A stretch of 60,601 nt of DNA from an uncultured Eggerthellaceae bacterium (GTDB lineage: Bacteria; Actinomycetota; Coriobacteriia; Coriobacteriales; Eggerthellaceae): the NCBI GenBank assembly GCA_910585565.1, contig CAJUFC010000156.1, forward strand, positions 1 through 60,601. The letters are read 5' to 3'. Shown in pieces: positions 1-8,302 of this stretch (its first letter is position 1; each line of letters starts with the position of its first letter). A model generated the notes under the pieces. That model searched no databases and was not told where the DNA came from. It saw only the letters and a list, made by a program, of their open reading frames with translations. The position numbers and the translations under genes are program-made.

Positions 1-258
1 ACAGCGCCGCCGTGCCTCCATTCCGCCCGCCGCGCCGCCGATCGCGCCATCCGCCCCCTCCCCGCCACCTGCGGGCGCCGATCGCGCCATCCGCCCCCGC
101 CAGAGCACCGCACCCGGAGACGCGGGAACATTCGCCCAACTAAGGGGTTGCCGAAACGCCGCCCCATAGTCATAATTGCCTCGCAACATTTCGATGACGC
201 TTCAGGAATGCAGCGACACGCCACACAGGCCTGCGCTACAGACCGGAAGCCGAGAAAA

Positions 259-351
259 CTCTGGAGAACTCTTAAGTGAGTGCCGAAGGTGCAAGGCGCG
301 CTGCTCGTCCTCGGGCGACAGTCGCTGAATCTCTCAGGCAAACGGACAGAG
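259..351 (+). promoter_or_regulatory. Glycine riboswitch, single aptamer, upstream of the AGCS symporter
   Basis: CTCTGGAGAA...TGCCGAAGGTGCAA...AATCTCTCAGGCAAACGGACAGAG matches the conserved glycine-aptamer core. P1 is closed by CTCTG (259-263) and CAGAG (347-351). It lies 70 nt upstream of a sodium:alanine/glycine symporter, a known riboswitch target. Confidence 0.7.
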
Positions 352-419
352 CTGAAAGCTGCCTTCCTGCATAAGGGGCGTCCCCAGGGTTTTCTGCGAC
401 GAGGAGAGAAGGGGATCGC

Positions 420-1898
420 GTGGAGGAAGCGCTACTTGGCATCGTTGCCACCATCAACAATTACCTATCAAACTATGTTCTGATCATCCTGCTGCTCGGC
501 ATGGGCATCTGGTTCACCATCAGGACGCGGTTCATCCAGTTCCGCTGCTTCGGCGAAGGGTGGCGGCGTCTGTTCGGCGACTTCTCGCTGCGCGGCGGAA
601 ATCAGGGTGGCGCCATGACGTCGTTCCAGGCCCTGGCCACCGCTGTGGCTGCCCAGGTGGGCACGGGCAACGTCGTGGGCGCGTGCGGCGCCATCATCAT
701 CGGCGGCCCGGGCGCCATCTTCTGGATGTGGGTCATCGCGCTTTTGGGCATGGCTACCAACTACGCTGAGGCCGTCATGGCCCAGAAGACGCGCGTGGTC
801 GACGAAGACGGCACCGTCCACGGCGGCCCGGTCTACTACATCACCACGGCATTCAAGGGCGCCGGCGGCAAGTTCCTCGCGGGCTTCTTCGCCGTGGCCA
901 TCATCTTGGCACTCGGCTTCATGGGCTGCATGGTGCAGTCCAACTCCATCGCCGAGACCATGAACAACGCCTTCGGCATCCCGGTGTGGGCCATCGGCAT
1001 CGCCGTTGTCATCCTCGCGGGCATCGTCTTTCTCGGCGGCGTCTCGCGCCTGGCAGCAGTCACGGAGAAGATCGTTCCCGTGATGGCCGTCCTGTACGTG
1101 CTGGGTTCTCTCGTGGTGCTGATCATGAACGCCCCGAACCTGCCTGCCACGTTCGGGCTGATCTTCGAATGCGCGTTCAACCCCGAGGCGACCGTGGGCG
1201 GCGCCACGTTCGGCATCATCGCGGCCATCAGCCAGGGCGCCAAGCGCGGGCTGTTCTCCAACGAGGCCGGCATGGGCTCGACGCCCCACGCTCACGCGCT
1301 TGCCGAAGTTCGCAACCCGCACGAGCAGGGCGTCGTCGCCATGATCGGCGTCTTCGTCGACACCATCATCGTCGTCACCATGACCGCGCTGGTCGTGCTG
1401 TCGGTCCTGTACGTCGGCGACGGCGTGCTGGCAACCGGTGACTACATGGCGCTCACGTCCGAGACCATCACGAAGACGAACATCGCCCAGATGGCCTTCG
1501 GCCAGTTCTTCGGCGCTGGCCCAGGTGCATGGTTCGTGGCCATCTGCCTTTTGTTCTTCGCATTCTCGACGATCCTGTCATGGAACCTGTTCGCCAAGCT
1601 GAACGTGGAGTGGCTGTTCGGCAAAAAGGCCGTGATTCCCTTCACGGTCATCGCGCTTGCGTTCATCTTCATGGGTTCGATTCTGTCGAACGACCTGGTG
1701 TGGGAGCTGGCCGACATGTTCAACCAACTGATGGTCATCCCGAACGCCATCGCGCTGTTCGCGCTCACGAGCTCGGTCCTCAAGATCGCGAACGCGCGTC
1801 ACGACAAGCTGGCGACCGACGTGCCCGCAGAGAAGCTCGCGGACGAGGAGCGCGCAGCTGCCGTCGAGGCTGAGGAGCTCATGAGGAAGAGGGGCTAA
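420..1898 (+). CDS. Alanine/glycine:cation symporter (AGCS family)
   Basis: 492-aa polytopic membrane ORF. The N-terminus INNYLSNYVLIILLLGMGIWFTIRTRFIQFR and the motif GLFSNEAGMGSTPHAHA are typical of AGCS. GTG start with an upstream GGAGAGAAGGGG. Confidence 0.9.
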   Translation: MEEALLGIVATINNYLSNYVLIILLLGMGIWFTIRTRFIQFRCFGEGWRRLFGDFSLRGGNQGGAMTSFQALATAVAAQVGTGNVVGACGAIIIGGPGAIFWMWVIALLGMATNYAEAVMAQKTRVVDEDGTVHGGPVYYITTAFKGAGGKFLAGFFAVAIILALGFMGCMVQSNSIAETMNNAFGIPVWAIGIAVVILAGIVFLGGVSRLAAVTEKIVPVMAVLYVLGSLVVLIMNAPNLPATFGLIFECAFNPEATVGGATFGIIAAISQGAKRGLFSNEAGMGSTPHAHALAEVRNPHEQGVVAMIGVFVDTIIVVTMTALVVLSVLYVGDGVLATGDYMALTSETITKTNIAQMAFGQFFGAGPGAWFVAICLLFFAFSTILSWNLFAKLNVEWLFGKKAVIPFTVIALAFIFMGSILSNDLVWELADMFNQLMVIPNAIALFALTSSVLKIANARHDKLATDVPAEKLADEERAAAVEAEELMRKRG

Positions 1899-1934
1899 GC
1901 CCAGGCACTGGCCGCACGAACGGTCACAACGACA

Positions 1935-1978
1935 GGAGCCTCGCACGCAAGCTGATTCGCGTGCGAGGCTCCTTTGTG
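1935..1978 (+). terminator. Rho-independent terminator after the symporter
   Basis: Perfect 14-bp stem GGAGCCTCGCACGC / GCGTGCGAGGCTCC followed by TTTGTGT. Confidence 0.7.
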
Positions 1979-2094
1979 TCTGGCGACGGGCGCACCTGAG
2001 CGACAGGTGCGCCTGAGCGCCTGAGCGCCCGAGCTACCGAGCTAGAGAGCGGGCCGGTCCACCGGCTCACCCACCAACCCGCAGATCAGCGTCG

Positions 2095-3255
2095 TCATTT
2101 CCGCTGCGGCGGATCAAGCTCGCTCACCTTCTCGACGTCTACCGCGACGTCGCCCGCATCGTCCTTGACGACGTACACGAACCCGATCTCGCCGTTCACA
2201 GGCTGCTCGTTGTAGGCGACCATCTCGGCGATCTCGGCAGCACTCGCGCTCTTGGGCATCGTCTCAAGCAGATACGGGGTGCTGGCGCGACGCTCCATGG
2301 CCTCGCGGAAGTCCTTCGTGCCCACGAACACCTCTTGCTTGTAGGGGTTCACGCCCAGCTTCTTGGAGCGATAGATGATGTAGGACAGGGCCGCAATGTT
2401 CGCGAACAGCGCGATCAGCGAGACCACCGTGTTCACGGCCGGGTTGTTCACCGACTGCGCCGCGAAGATGGAGTCGTTCACGAACATCGGCACCATCTGT
2501 GCGAACATGCACCACATGGCCAGCGTGAACGCGCGGTTCTGGATCCAGCCGCCCTTGTTCCACAGCAGGCCCGCGATGGTCGGCGCCAGCAGAAGGGCGA
2601 TGCCGCAGTACCACGAATGGGTCGGCAGGCAGTTGTAGGTATAGCAGAAGTTCCACAGGTCGTAGGCGATGATGAACACCCACGTCATGTCAGGCCACAG
2701 CATGTCCTGGCGCTTCTTGGAGATGTAGATGCCGAACCAGCCGGTCATGCAGGCAATGTTGAGCAGCCCGGCCACGCCGTTGAACACGTTGTGCCAGCCG
2801 CCGTTGAGCAGCACGCCCTCGTCGGTGACGAAGCTGGAATCCCACGCCACGATGGCGCTCTCGAAGTCAGAGGCCACGGCGATCAGGATGTTGATGGCCA
2901 CGATGACGAACGGAAACGCCTTGAACCAGTGCGACCGCCCGATCTTGCCCCAGCCATACTTGAGCGCCATGAAGCCGATGCACCCAGCCGTGGCTGCGTA
3001 CACCTTCGCATAGTGGAACCAGCCGCCCATAGTGGTGTAGGTGGGGTTGTTGAGCGCCCACTCGGCGCCCATGGCCGCCCCGACCTCAACGGCGATGCAA
3101 TACACGGTCATGGCTGCGCACACGCCGATGAACATGAAGATGCCACCCGCCTTCGTGCGGCGCGCAAACTCGTTCAGCAGAATGAGCGCAACCAAGACCA
3201 TAATCAAGCCCATCCATTGGTACAGCGCGTTCGGCCCGTATACGTCAAACAACAT
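2095..3255 (-). CDS. Polytopic membrane protein, family not recognised, with a C-terminal soluble tail
   Basis: 386-aa ORF with about 10 hydrophobic segments. AGGAGG sits 6 nt upstream of the ATG. It follows a TetR gene 9 nt away, so it is probably in the same operon. Confidence 0.75.
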   Translation of the reverse strand: MLFDVYGPNALYQWMGLIMVLVALILLNEFARRTKAGGIFMFIGVCAAMTVYCIAVEVGAAMGAEWALNNPTYTTMGGWFHYAKVYAATAGCIGFMALKYGWGKIGRSHWFKAFPFVIVAINILIAVASDFESAIVAWDSSFVTDEGVLLNGGWHNVFNGVAGLLNIACMTGWFGIYISKKRQDMLWPDMTWVFIIAYDLWNFCYTYNCLPTHSWYCGIALLLAPTIAGLLWNKGGWIQNRAFTLAMWCMFAQMVPMFVNDSIFAAQSVNNPAVNTVVSLIALFANIAALSYIIYRSKKLGVNPYKQEVFVGTKDFREAMERRASTPYLLETMPKSASAAEIAEMVAYNEQPVNGEIGFVYVVKDDAGDVAVDVEKVSELDPPQRK

Positions 3256-3264
3256 GATTTCCTC

Positions 3265-3888
3265 CTAACCTTCGGGCCTGTCTAGATAGAGCGTCTGGGC
3301 GATCACATCGGCAATGACGGCGTCGTCCGCCTCCGGGTGAGTGCGCAGATACCCGATAACACCCAATATGAGCACGTAGAACGTCTCATACAGATGTTGA
3401 ATCCGTATTTCGTGCAGCCTGCCATAGTCCTGCACGGTGTTCTCGATCATGTGCATGGCGATGTGGTGCGCCACGCGGTTGACGAACTCCAAATACAGCG
3501 ACGAATTCTCGTTCGACGTGAGGGCTGCGTGCAGCGGGCTATCCTCGAACACGCCTATCCTGAGCAGCTTGACCACCGACAGCAGCGCGTCGTCCACGCG
3601 GCCCTCCTGGCGCTCGCGATCCCAGTAGGTCAGCGCCTCGATGTAGTCGGCGACAAGCGCATCGAGCACCGCCGAAGTCAGCTCATCCTTGTTTTTGAAG
3701 TAGTGATAGAACAGCGAGCGCGTTACCCCCACGCGGTCAGCGATGTCCTGGATCGAGGTGTGCGCAAGGCCTCGTTCCTCGTAGAGGTCGCGGGCCGTGT
3801 CGATGATCTCGGCGCGACGGACCTCGGCCTTGGTGGGCCTGGGCTCAGGCTGCCGTGCGCCTGAAAATGTCGATGGAAAGTTCGTCAT
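3265..3888 (-). CDS. TetR/AcrR family transcriptional regulator
   Basis: N-terminal HTH RAEIIDTARDLYEERGLAHTSIQDIADRVGVTRSLFYHYFKNKDEL. Confidence 0.9.
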   Translation of the reverse strand: MTNFPSTFSGARQPEPRPTKAEVRRAEIIDTARDLYEERGLAHTSIQDIADRVGVTRSLFYHYFKNKDELTSAVLDALVADYIEALTYWDRERQEGRVDDALLSVVKLLRIGVFEDSPLHAALTSNENSSLYLEFVNRVAHHIAMHMIENTVQDYGRLHEIRIQHLYETFYVLILGVIGYLRTHPEADDAVIADVIAQTLYLDRPEG

Positions 3889-4114
3889 CGCCGCGCCTCG
3901 TCCGTCGTTCGCTCTTCGCTGCCGGGGCGCCTTGATTGCGCCCGCCGAAGGAATGCTCGCATCGAGGGCCGCGGCGGATTACTGCGGGCCGCTGCGCATC
4001 CGTTGCGGGATGTCGGCTGCGGGTCGTTGCGAGCGAAAGGCTGCTGCGAATCACTGTGAGCCGCCACGAGCCGCTACGAGCCGTTCCTTCTTGGTTCGTA
4101 ACGGTATTCCTCGG

Positions 4115-4153
4115 TTGACGCACCGTCAATGAACAAGATTGACATATCGTCAA
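4115..4153. promoter_or_regulatory. Two tandem palindromic operator-like sites (TTGACGCACCGTCAA, TTGACATATCGTCAA)
   Basis: 15-bp palindromes at 4115-4129 and 4139-4153, upstream of the TetR-membrane protein operon. Assigning them to TetR is inference. Confidence 0.4.
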
Positions 4154-4215
4154 TATGCGACCGAGCCGTTACCGTGCTGTTGGAGAAGAGGCGGATTAAC
4201 GCAGGGGATTGGATT

Positions 4216-4240
4216 AACACAGGGGACGGTTCCCTGCGTT
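4216..4240. repeat. REP-like palindromic repeat copy (AACACAGGGGACGGTTCCCTGCGTT)
   Basis: Member of the CACAGGGGACGGTTCCCTGTG hairpin family seen at least 12 times in this window. Confidence 0.8.
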
Positions 4241-4281
4241 AATCTGTGAACGCCAGCAGCTGCGCGGCGCAGCCAAGCGCC

Positions 4282-4626
4282 CTAGCGCCAGATCTTCTGC
4301 GCTTGAGGGTCGGCGGCTAGACAGAGCTCTCGAAGCGCCTCGAGATCATCGGTGTAGTCTTCGGTCGGGTCCTCGCACTCAAGCGACTCAAGCACCACGA
4401 AATCAAACCCGTCCTCGCCGTAGCGCTCCCACAGCGAGCTTAGCTGCTTGTTGGGATGGCTACCCAGTTCGAGCTTTGCGCGAGCGCTGTTAAAGTCGGC
4501 AGCCACGTCCTTGGAGGCACCCAGAAACGACTCGCCCGTCTCCCGGCAGCGAAGGGCGATGACGCCCATCTCGGGGCAGCGGTTCTTGTATGCCTCGATG
4601 AGCTCCTTCTTGCGCGCCTTCTCCAA
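4282..4626 (-). CDS. GIY-YIG nuclease family protein (small, stand-alone)
   Basis: GVIALRC...ESFLGASKDV...LELGSHPNKQLSSLWERYGEDGFDFVVLE fits a GIY-YIG core. The start is placed at TTG (4624-4626) behind GGGAGG. The ORF track extends to 4710, so the start is uncertain. Confidence 0.6.
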   Translation of the reverse strand: MEKARKKELIEAYKNRCPEMGVIALRCRETGESFLGASKDVAADFNSARAKLELGSHPNKQLSSLWERYGEDGFDFVVLESLECEDPTEDYTDDLEALRELCLAADPQAQKIWR

Positions 4627-4712
4627 GGCGATCCGCCTCCCTTGCGAACACCCCACCTCAAATCGATACCCCAATATAGCACACGCCCCTTGCGCCGTTT
4701 TACCTAACACTT

Positions 4713-4728
4713 AACACAGGGGAACGTC
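4713..4728. repeat. Half REP-like element (AACACAGGGGAACGTC), candidate prophage junction
   Basis: Only the left arm of the palindrome is present. The complementary arm is at 39481-39497, next to the integrase. Confidence 0.5.
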
Positions 4729-4899
4729 AACTCTCACACCTGATTGATGGGCCTTGAACCAACTTGCTGGAAAGGGAAAATGCTTGCTGAACAGGCGTTT
4801 TCCACTTTTCGCAAATCAGCGCAAGACCCATCAACTGTATTGAAAATGCATCCATGTTCCAGCATTCTTCCAATCCTACCACCCGCCCGCTGAAAGGCG

Positions 4900-4930
4900 A
4901 AAGGGGTTCCGGCGACGCCGGAACCCCTTT
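4900..4930. terminator. Bidirectional hairpin terminator downstream of the lysin gene
   Basis: AAGGGGTTCCGG-CGACG-CCGGAACCCCTT, a 12-bp perfect stem flanked by A and T residues. Confidence 0.6.
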
Positions 4931-4934
4931 CTGC

Positions 4935-5891
4935 TTACACCTTCACCAGATACTTCTCCCTGCCGTCTGCGGTACCCACGGCGACATAGCGCGTGGCGCC
5001 GCTGTAAGCCGTGTAGTGCGCCCACACATACCCCTCGGCTTCCACCACGTCCGCGCCAACGCCGTAGATCCTTTGCCCGTACGCGTAGTCGGCAACCGGC
5101 GGCAGCTTCCTCGATGGAGTGCTCCTGACGTACAGCTTGTCGCACACCACCTTGTACTCGCCAGCTATGACCCTCGCCGCTCCGGTCGAAGTCCCTGCGG
5201 CGTTCGCCGTGCCGGAAAGCAGCTCGTTCACACGCGCCTGCACGGCAGCGTACCTGTCGCCCAGGACGGCGCGCCTCGCATCGCCCACGCCGTAGCGTCC
5301 GGCGATCACGGCGCGCGCCAGTTCCTCGATGCTGCCCGAGACCGCCACCGCAACCCCGGTTCCGCTGGCAGCCGGACCTGCGATTACCACAACGGCGTGC
5401 GTGCTGGAAACGAGTATGTCTCCCACTCGCCATCTGGCGGTGGAGTCCACGTACCCCGCCTCGGTATGGATGCTCACCAAACCGGTCGCCCTGAACCGTG
5501 CAACGATGTTGCCGGTGTAGCAGAGGTTCCCGCCCTGATAGATCACGCTCTCCGGTGCGCCTGCGGCGATTCCGCACACGCCCGCCAAGCTCGAACAGTC
5601 GCACTCGCACGCCTGGGCGATCGCCGCCAGGTTCCAACCCGCAGCGCGGGCAAGCGGCAGGATGCTGTTCCTTTCGCCTTGGTCGTAGCCGATGCGCATG
5701 TTGGCCACGGCATCCGCCATGGCTTGGCCGCATCTCGTGGCCATGTTCGCATCGTTGAAGCGGATCAGCGTATGCCAGTTGTACAGATAGGCGGCGCGTG
5801 CGTTGAGCCCCGTCCCGCTCTGGTTTCCCGCCTGGCCGCCAACGTACTTGCCGCGCTCGTCGCAGGAAGCCTGCCCGATGTAGATCGTCAC
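4935..5891 (-). CDS. Phage endolysin: papain-fold (NlpC/P60- or CHAP-like) domain plus a C-terminal SH3b-like wall-binding domain
   Basis: Candidate Cys (ACECDCSSLAG) and His (SSTHAVVVIAG) pair. C-terminal YKVVCDKLYVRSTPS...YVWAHYTAYSG resembles SH3b. ATGA overlap with the holin gene. The exact fold assignment is inference. Confidence 0.65.
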   Translation of the reverse strand: MTIYIGQASCDERGKYVGGQAGNQSGTGLNARAAYLYNWHTLIRFNDANMATRCGQAMADAVANMRIGYDQGERNSILPLARAAGWNLAAIAQACECDCSSLAGVCGIAAGAPESVIYQGGNLCYTGNIVARFRATGLVSIHTEAGYVDSTARWRVGDILVSSTHAVVVIAGPAASGTGVAVAVSGSIEELARAVIAGRYGVGDARRAVLGDRYAAVQARVNELLSGTANAAGTSTGAARVIAGEYKVVCDKLYVRSTPSRKLPPVADYAYGQRIYGVGADVVEAEGYVWAHYTAYSGATRYVAVGTADGREKYLVKV

Positions 5892-6304
5892 CGGGCATCA
5901 CCGCTCGCGGTATCGGGCGCATCATCGGCCACGTCCAGCCCGGCGCTCGCCAGTTCGACGGCCTCGACCTTCGACGCCTTTCTGAAGATCGCGCCAAGCG
6001 GGCTGTCCACCAGGTTCGGATTCAGCACGCACAGGTTCTCGAACACCGAAACGGTCTCGGTCACGATCACGTAGACGCACACCGCCATCACGCTCGGCAC
6101 CTCGAAGCCGAGTTCGGCATGAGCAGCCGCATACTGGATCACATACGCAAGGCCGATGAGCCCCACGAAGCCCGCCTTGTGCCACAGCCCGTCGCGCAGC
6201 TTGCTGGACTGCACATCCTTCTGCTTGATGGCTCCGGCGAAGCCGAAAACAACGTCCAGCACGATCATCACGCCCGTGATGATAAGAACGTGGAAATCCA
6301 TCAT
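5888..6304 (-). CDS. Phage holin
   Basis: MMDFHVLIITGVMIVLDVVFGFAGAIKQKDVQSSKLRDGLWHKAGFVGLIGLAYV is typical of small 3-TM holins. GGAGGTG RBS. Positioned immediately upstream of the lysin. Confidence 0.75.
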   Translation of the reverse strand: MMDFHVLIITGVMIVLDVVFGFAGAIKQKDVQSSKLRDGLWHKAGFVGLIGLAYVIQYAAAHAELGFEVPSVMAVCVYVIVTETVSVFENLCVLNPNLVDSPLGAIFRKASKVEAVELASAGLDVADDAPDTASGDAR

Positions 6305-6379
6305 GAAACACCTCCATATCTCGCGTTTTCCAACAACGCAATCGTATGGAGGTGTCACAAATAGTTTTGACTGGCTTGT

Positions 6380-7003
6380 CTAGTAATCTAGATGTTCATA
6401 GGTTGCGCCATAGCTACCATAGCTTTTACGTTTTGATTGATAGAAATCGTACGCTTGATCCACATCAGTAAAGATTCTCTCAAACTCACCAGGTTCATCG
6501 ATATTTTTCCAACTGACTCGATAAGATATTGGTTCTCCGTCAATCTCCCACCTATCTTTTTCGGCATTCCAGCGCTTGCCACTCGCGTCCCGAAAGCCCG
6601 TTTCGTCGTCATCATTTCGAGTATCGCTCAATTCGTTATCAGGGAGTGACTGAGCCAGCTTATAGATCGCGAATGCTCCAGCCCCAAGTGCGACAACTGC
6701 TTTTAAAGTAATCTTACCGACTTTGATAATCCGCTCTTGATTAATCCGTCGTCGTTCCTGTTTTCCCGCTTGCCTTATTCTCTCGCAAACGCTGAGTTCA
6801 CGTTCGTTAGTGTGGTCATTAGAGCTTGACCCGCAAAGCTTTTCAGCCTGTTCAAGTAGTTGAGGATATTTATCGAATACCCAACTAATATCTTCATCAG
6901 TGAGTTCTTGCGAGTACAGAACGATTTGCTCTAAGTCCTCATCGCTAATCTGCGCGTCTTTTCGTTCTTTGACAAGTTTTAGTAATGCCTTTTTCTTAAC
7001 CAT
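6380..7003 (-). CDS. Hypothetical single-TM protein on an AT-rich moron
   Basis: 207-aa ORF in visibly AT-rich DNA between the fibre and holin genes. One hydrophobic helix (ITLKAVVALGAGAFAIYKLA). No recognisable domain. Confidence 0.6.
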   Translation of the reverse strand: MVKKKALLKLVKERKDAQISDEDLEQIVLYSQELTDEDISWVFDKYPQLLEQAEKLCGSSSNDHTNERELSVCERIRQAGKQERRRINQERIIKVGKITLKAVVALGAGAFAIYKLAQSLPDNELSDTRNDDDETGFRDASGKRWNAEKDRWEIDGEPISYRVSWKNIDEPGEFERIFTDVDQAYDFYQSKRKSYGSYGATYEHLDY

Positions 7004-7048
7004 CTCAAACCTCACTTATAACAGGTATTGAGATTATAACCCGATGCC

Positions 7049-8302
7049 TCACTTCGCCGTGAAGTACCCGGCCTTCCCGCCAAGCCCGTCCACCCGCGCG
7101 TAGTCGCCCGTGACGAGCGCCTTGTTCAGGCTTGTGGAGTTGTCCAGCCCCGATCCCGCGCCGCCCTTGAGCGAGTAGCAGTTGTAGAACACGTCGGTTT
7201 TGGTAGCCGCCCCGCTCAGGTCGGTGCCCGCCGCAGCGTAGATCACCGCAAGCTTGCCGTCGCCGTTGAACATGTTGGTTATGTTGGCGGTGGCGCTACC
7301 CCAGGAAAGCCCGCTCATGTCGATCTCGGTCGCCACGCTCAAACGCTGGAACATATAGCTCGCGTTCGCCACGCCGCTCATGTCCCACGCTCCCAGCTTC
7401 AGGGTCGGCAGCTTGGAGCACCCGTTGAACATGTGCGCCGTCGTCGTGCACGCGCTCGACACGTTCCATGTGTCCAGCCCTGCGATCGCGGTCAGCTTGC
7501 TGCATCCCCTGAAGCACTCGGCGAAGTCCTTCACAACAGACACGTCCATCGCCGCCACGTTGAGCGTCTGCAGGCTGGTGCACGTGTAGAACATGTACTT
7601 CATGCTCTCCACGTTGCCGCCGCCCTTCCCGTACAGAAACAGGTTCACGACCGAGCTGCAGTAGTAGAACATGTACGCCAAGCTGACCGCTCTGCTCGTG
7701 TCCAGCTTGGTCAGGTTGAAGCTCACGCAGTTGCGGAACATGTAGAACCAGTAGGCGCAGGTCGCAGGGCGCACCTCGTCGTCGAAGCTCACCGCCTCGA
7801 AGCTGTCGTGCTGCGGATACCACGGAAGCTGGCTGTTCGAGGTGAACACCCTGTCCTCGAAGCCGCTGTACACGTATGCTATCTCCTTGTCGGCGTACAG
7901 GTCGCCCACGGCAGGGGCGCTCGCCGACCGGATGAAGCGCAGCTCGTATCTCCCGTCCGTGATCCCCGGTATGGCCACGGCATAGGCCTCTGACCTCTCC
8001 CACGTGAGCGCGCGAATCGCCGCCGCCATGTCGCACGGCTTGTATTCCTTGTAGGCTTTGTTCTGGCCGCGCAGCGCGTTGGCGACGGAGGTGTAGGGCA
8101 GCATCGTCAGCATTCCAGCTGTAACGTCCGCGTCGTACGGGTATTGCGCCCCCTCGACCTCAGCCGCGCCATCGAGAGCGGCAACGATGTCTCCCATCTC
8201 GGTCGGCTTATAACGTCTGCTCTCGCCATTCTTGGCGCGTATGGCGTTGGCTATGTCGGTCAGCGTCCGCGTCGAGGCTATCCCCGTCGGTATCGTCATC
8301 AA
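7049..8302 (-). CDS. BspA-type leucine-rich-repeat (DUF285-like) protein, probable receptor-binding or tail-tip protein
   Basis: Repeats of the type FxxCxSLxxLdLssWDtSxVtxMxxMF (FRNCVSFNLTKLDTSRAVSLAYMFYYCSS, FRGCSKLTAIAGLDTWNVSSACTTTAHMFNGCSKL). ATGA coupling to the fibre gene. Confidence 0.75.
   Translation of the reverse strand: MMTIPTGIASTRTLTDIANAIRAKNGESRRYKPTEMGDIVAALDGAAEVEGAQYPYDADVTAGMLTMLPYTSVANALRGQNKAYKEYKPCDMAAAIRALTWERSEAYAVAIPGITDGRYELRFIRSASAPAVGDLYADKEIAYVYSGFEDRVFTSNSQLPWYPQHDSFEAVSFDDEVRPATCAYWFYMFRNCVSFNLTKLDTSRAVSLAYMFYYCSSVVNLFLYGKGGGNVESMKYMFYTCTSLQTLNVAAMDVSVVKDFAECFRGCSKLTAIAGLDTWNVSSACTTTAHMFNGCSKLPTLKLGAWDMSGVANASYMFQRLSVATEIDMSGLSWGSATANITNMFNGDGKLAVIYAAAGTDLSGAATKTDVFYNCYSLKGGAGSGLDNSTSLNKALVTGDYARVDGLGGKAGYFTAK

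Noticed and set aside
37-98. 22-bp direct repeat GCCGATCGCGCCATCCGCCCCC, two copies
   Set aside because: There are only two copies at the window edge, with no associated feature. There is too little context to interpret.
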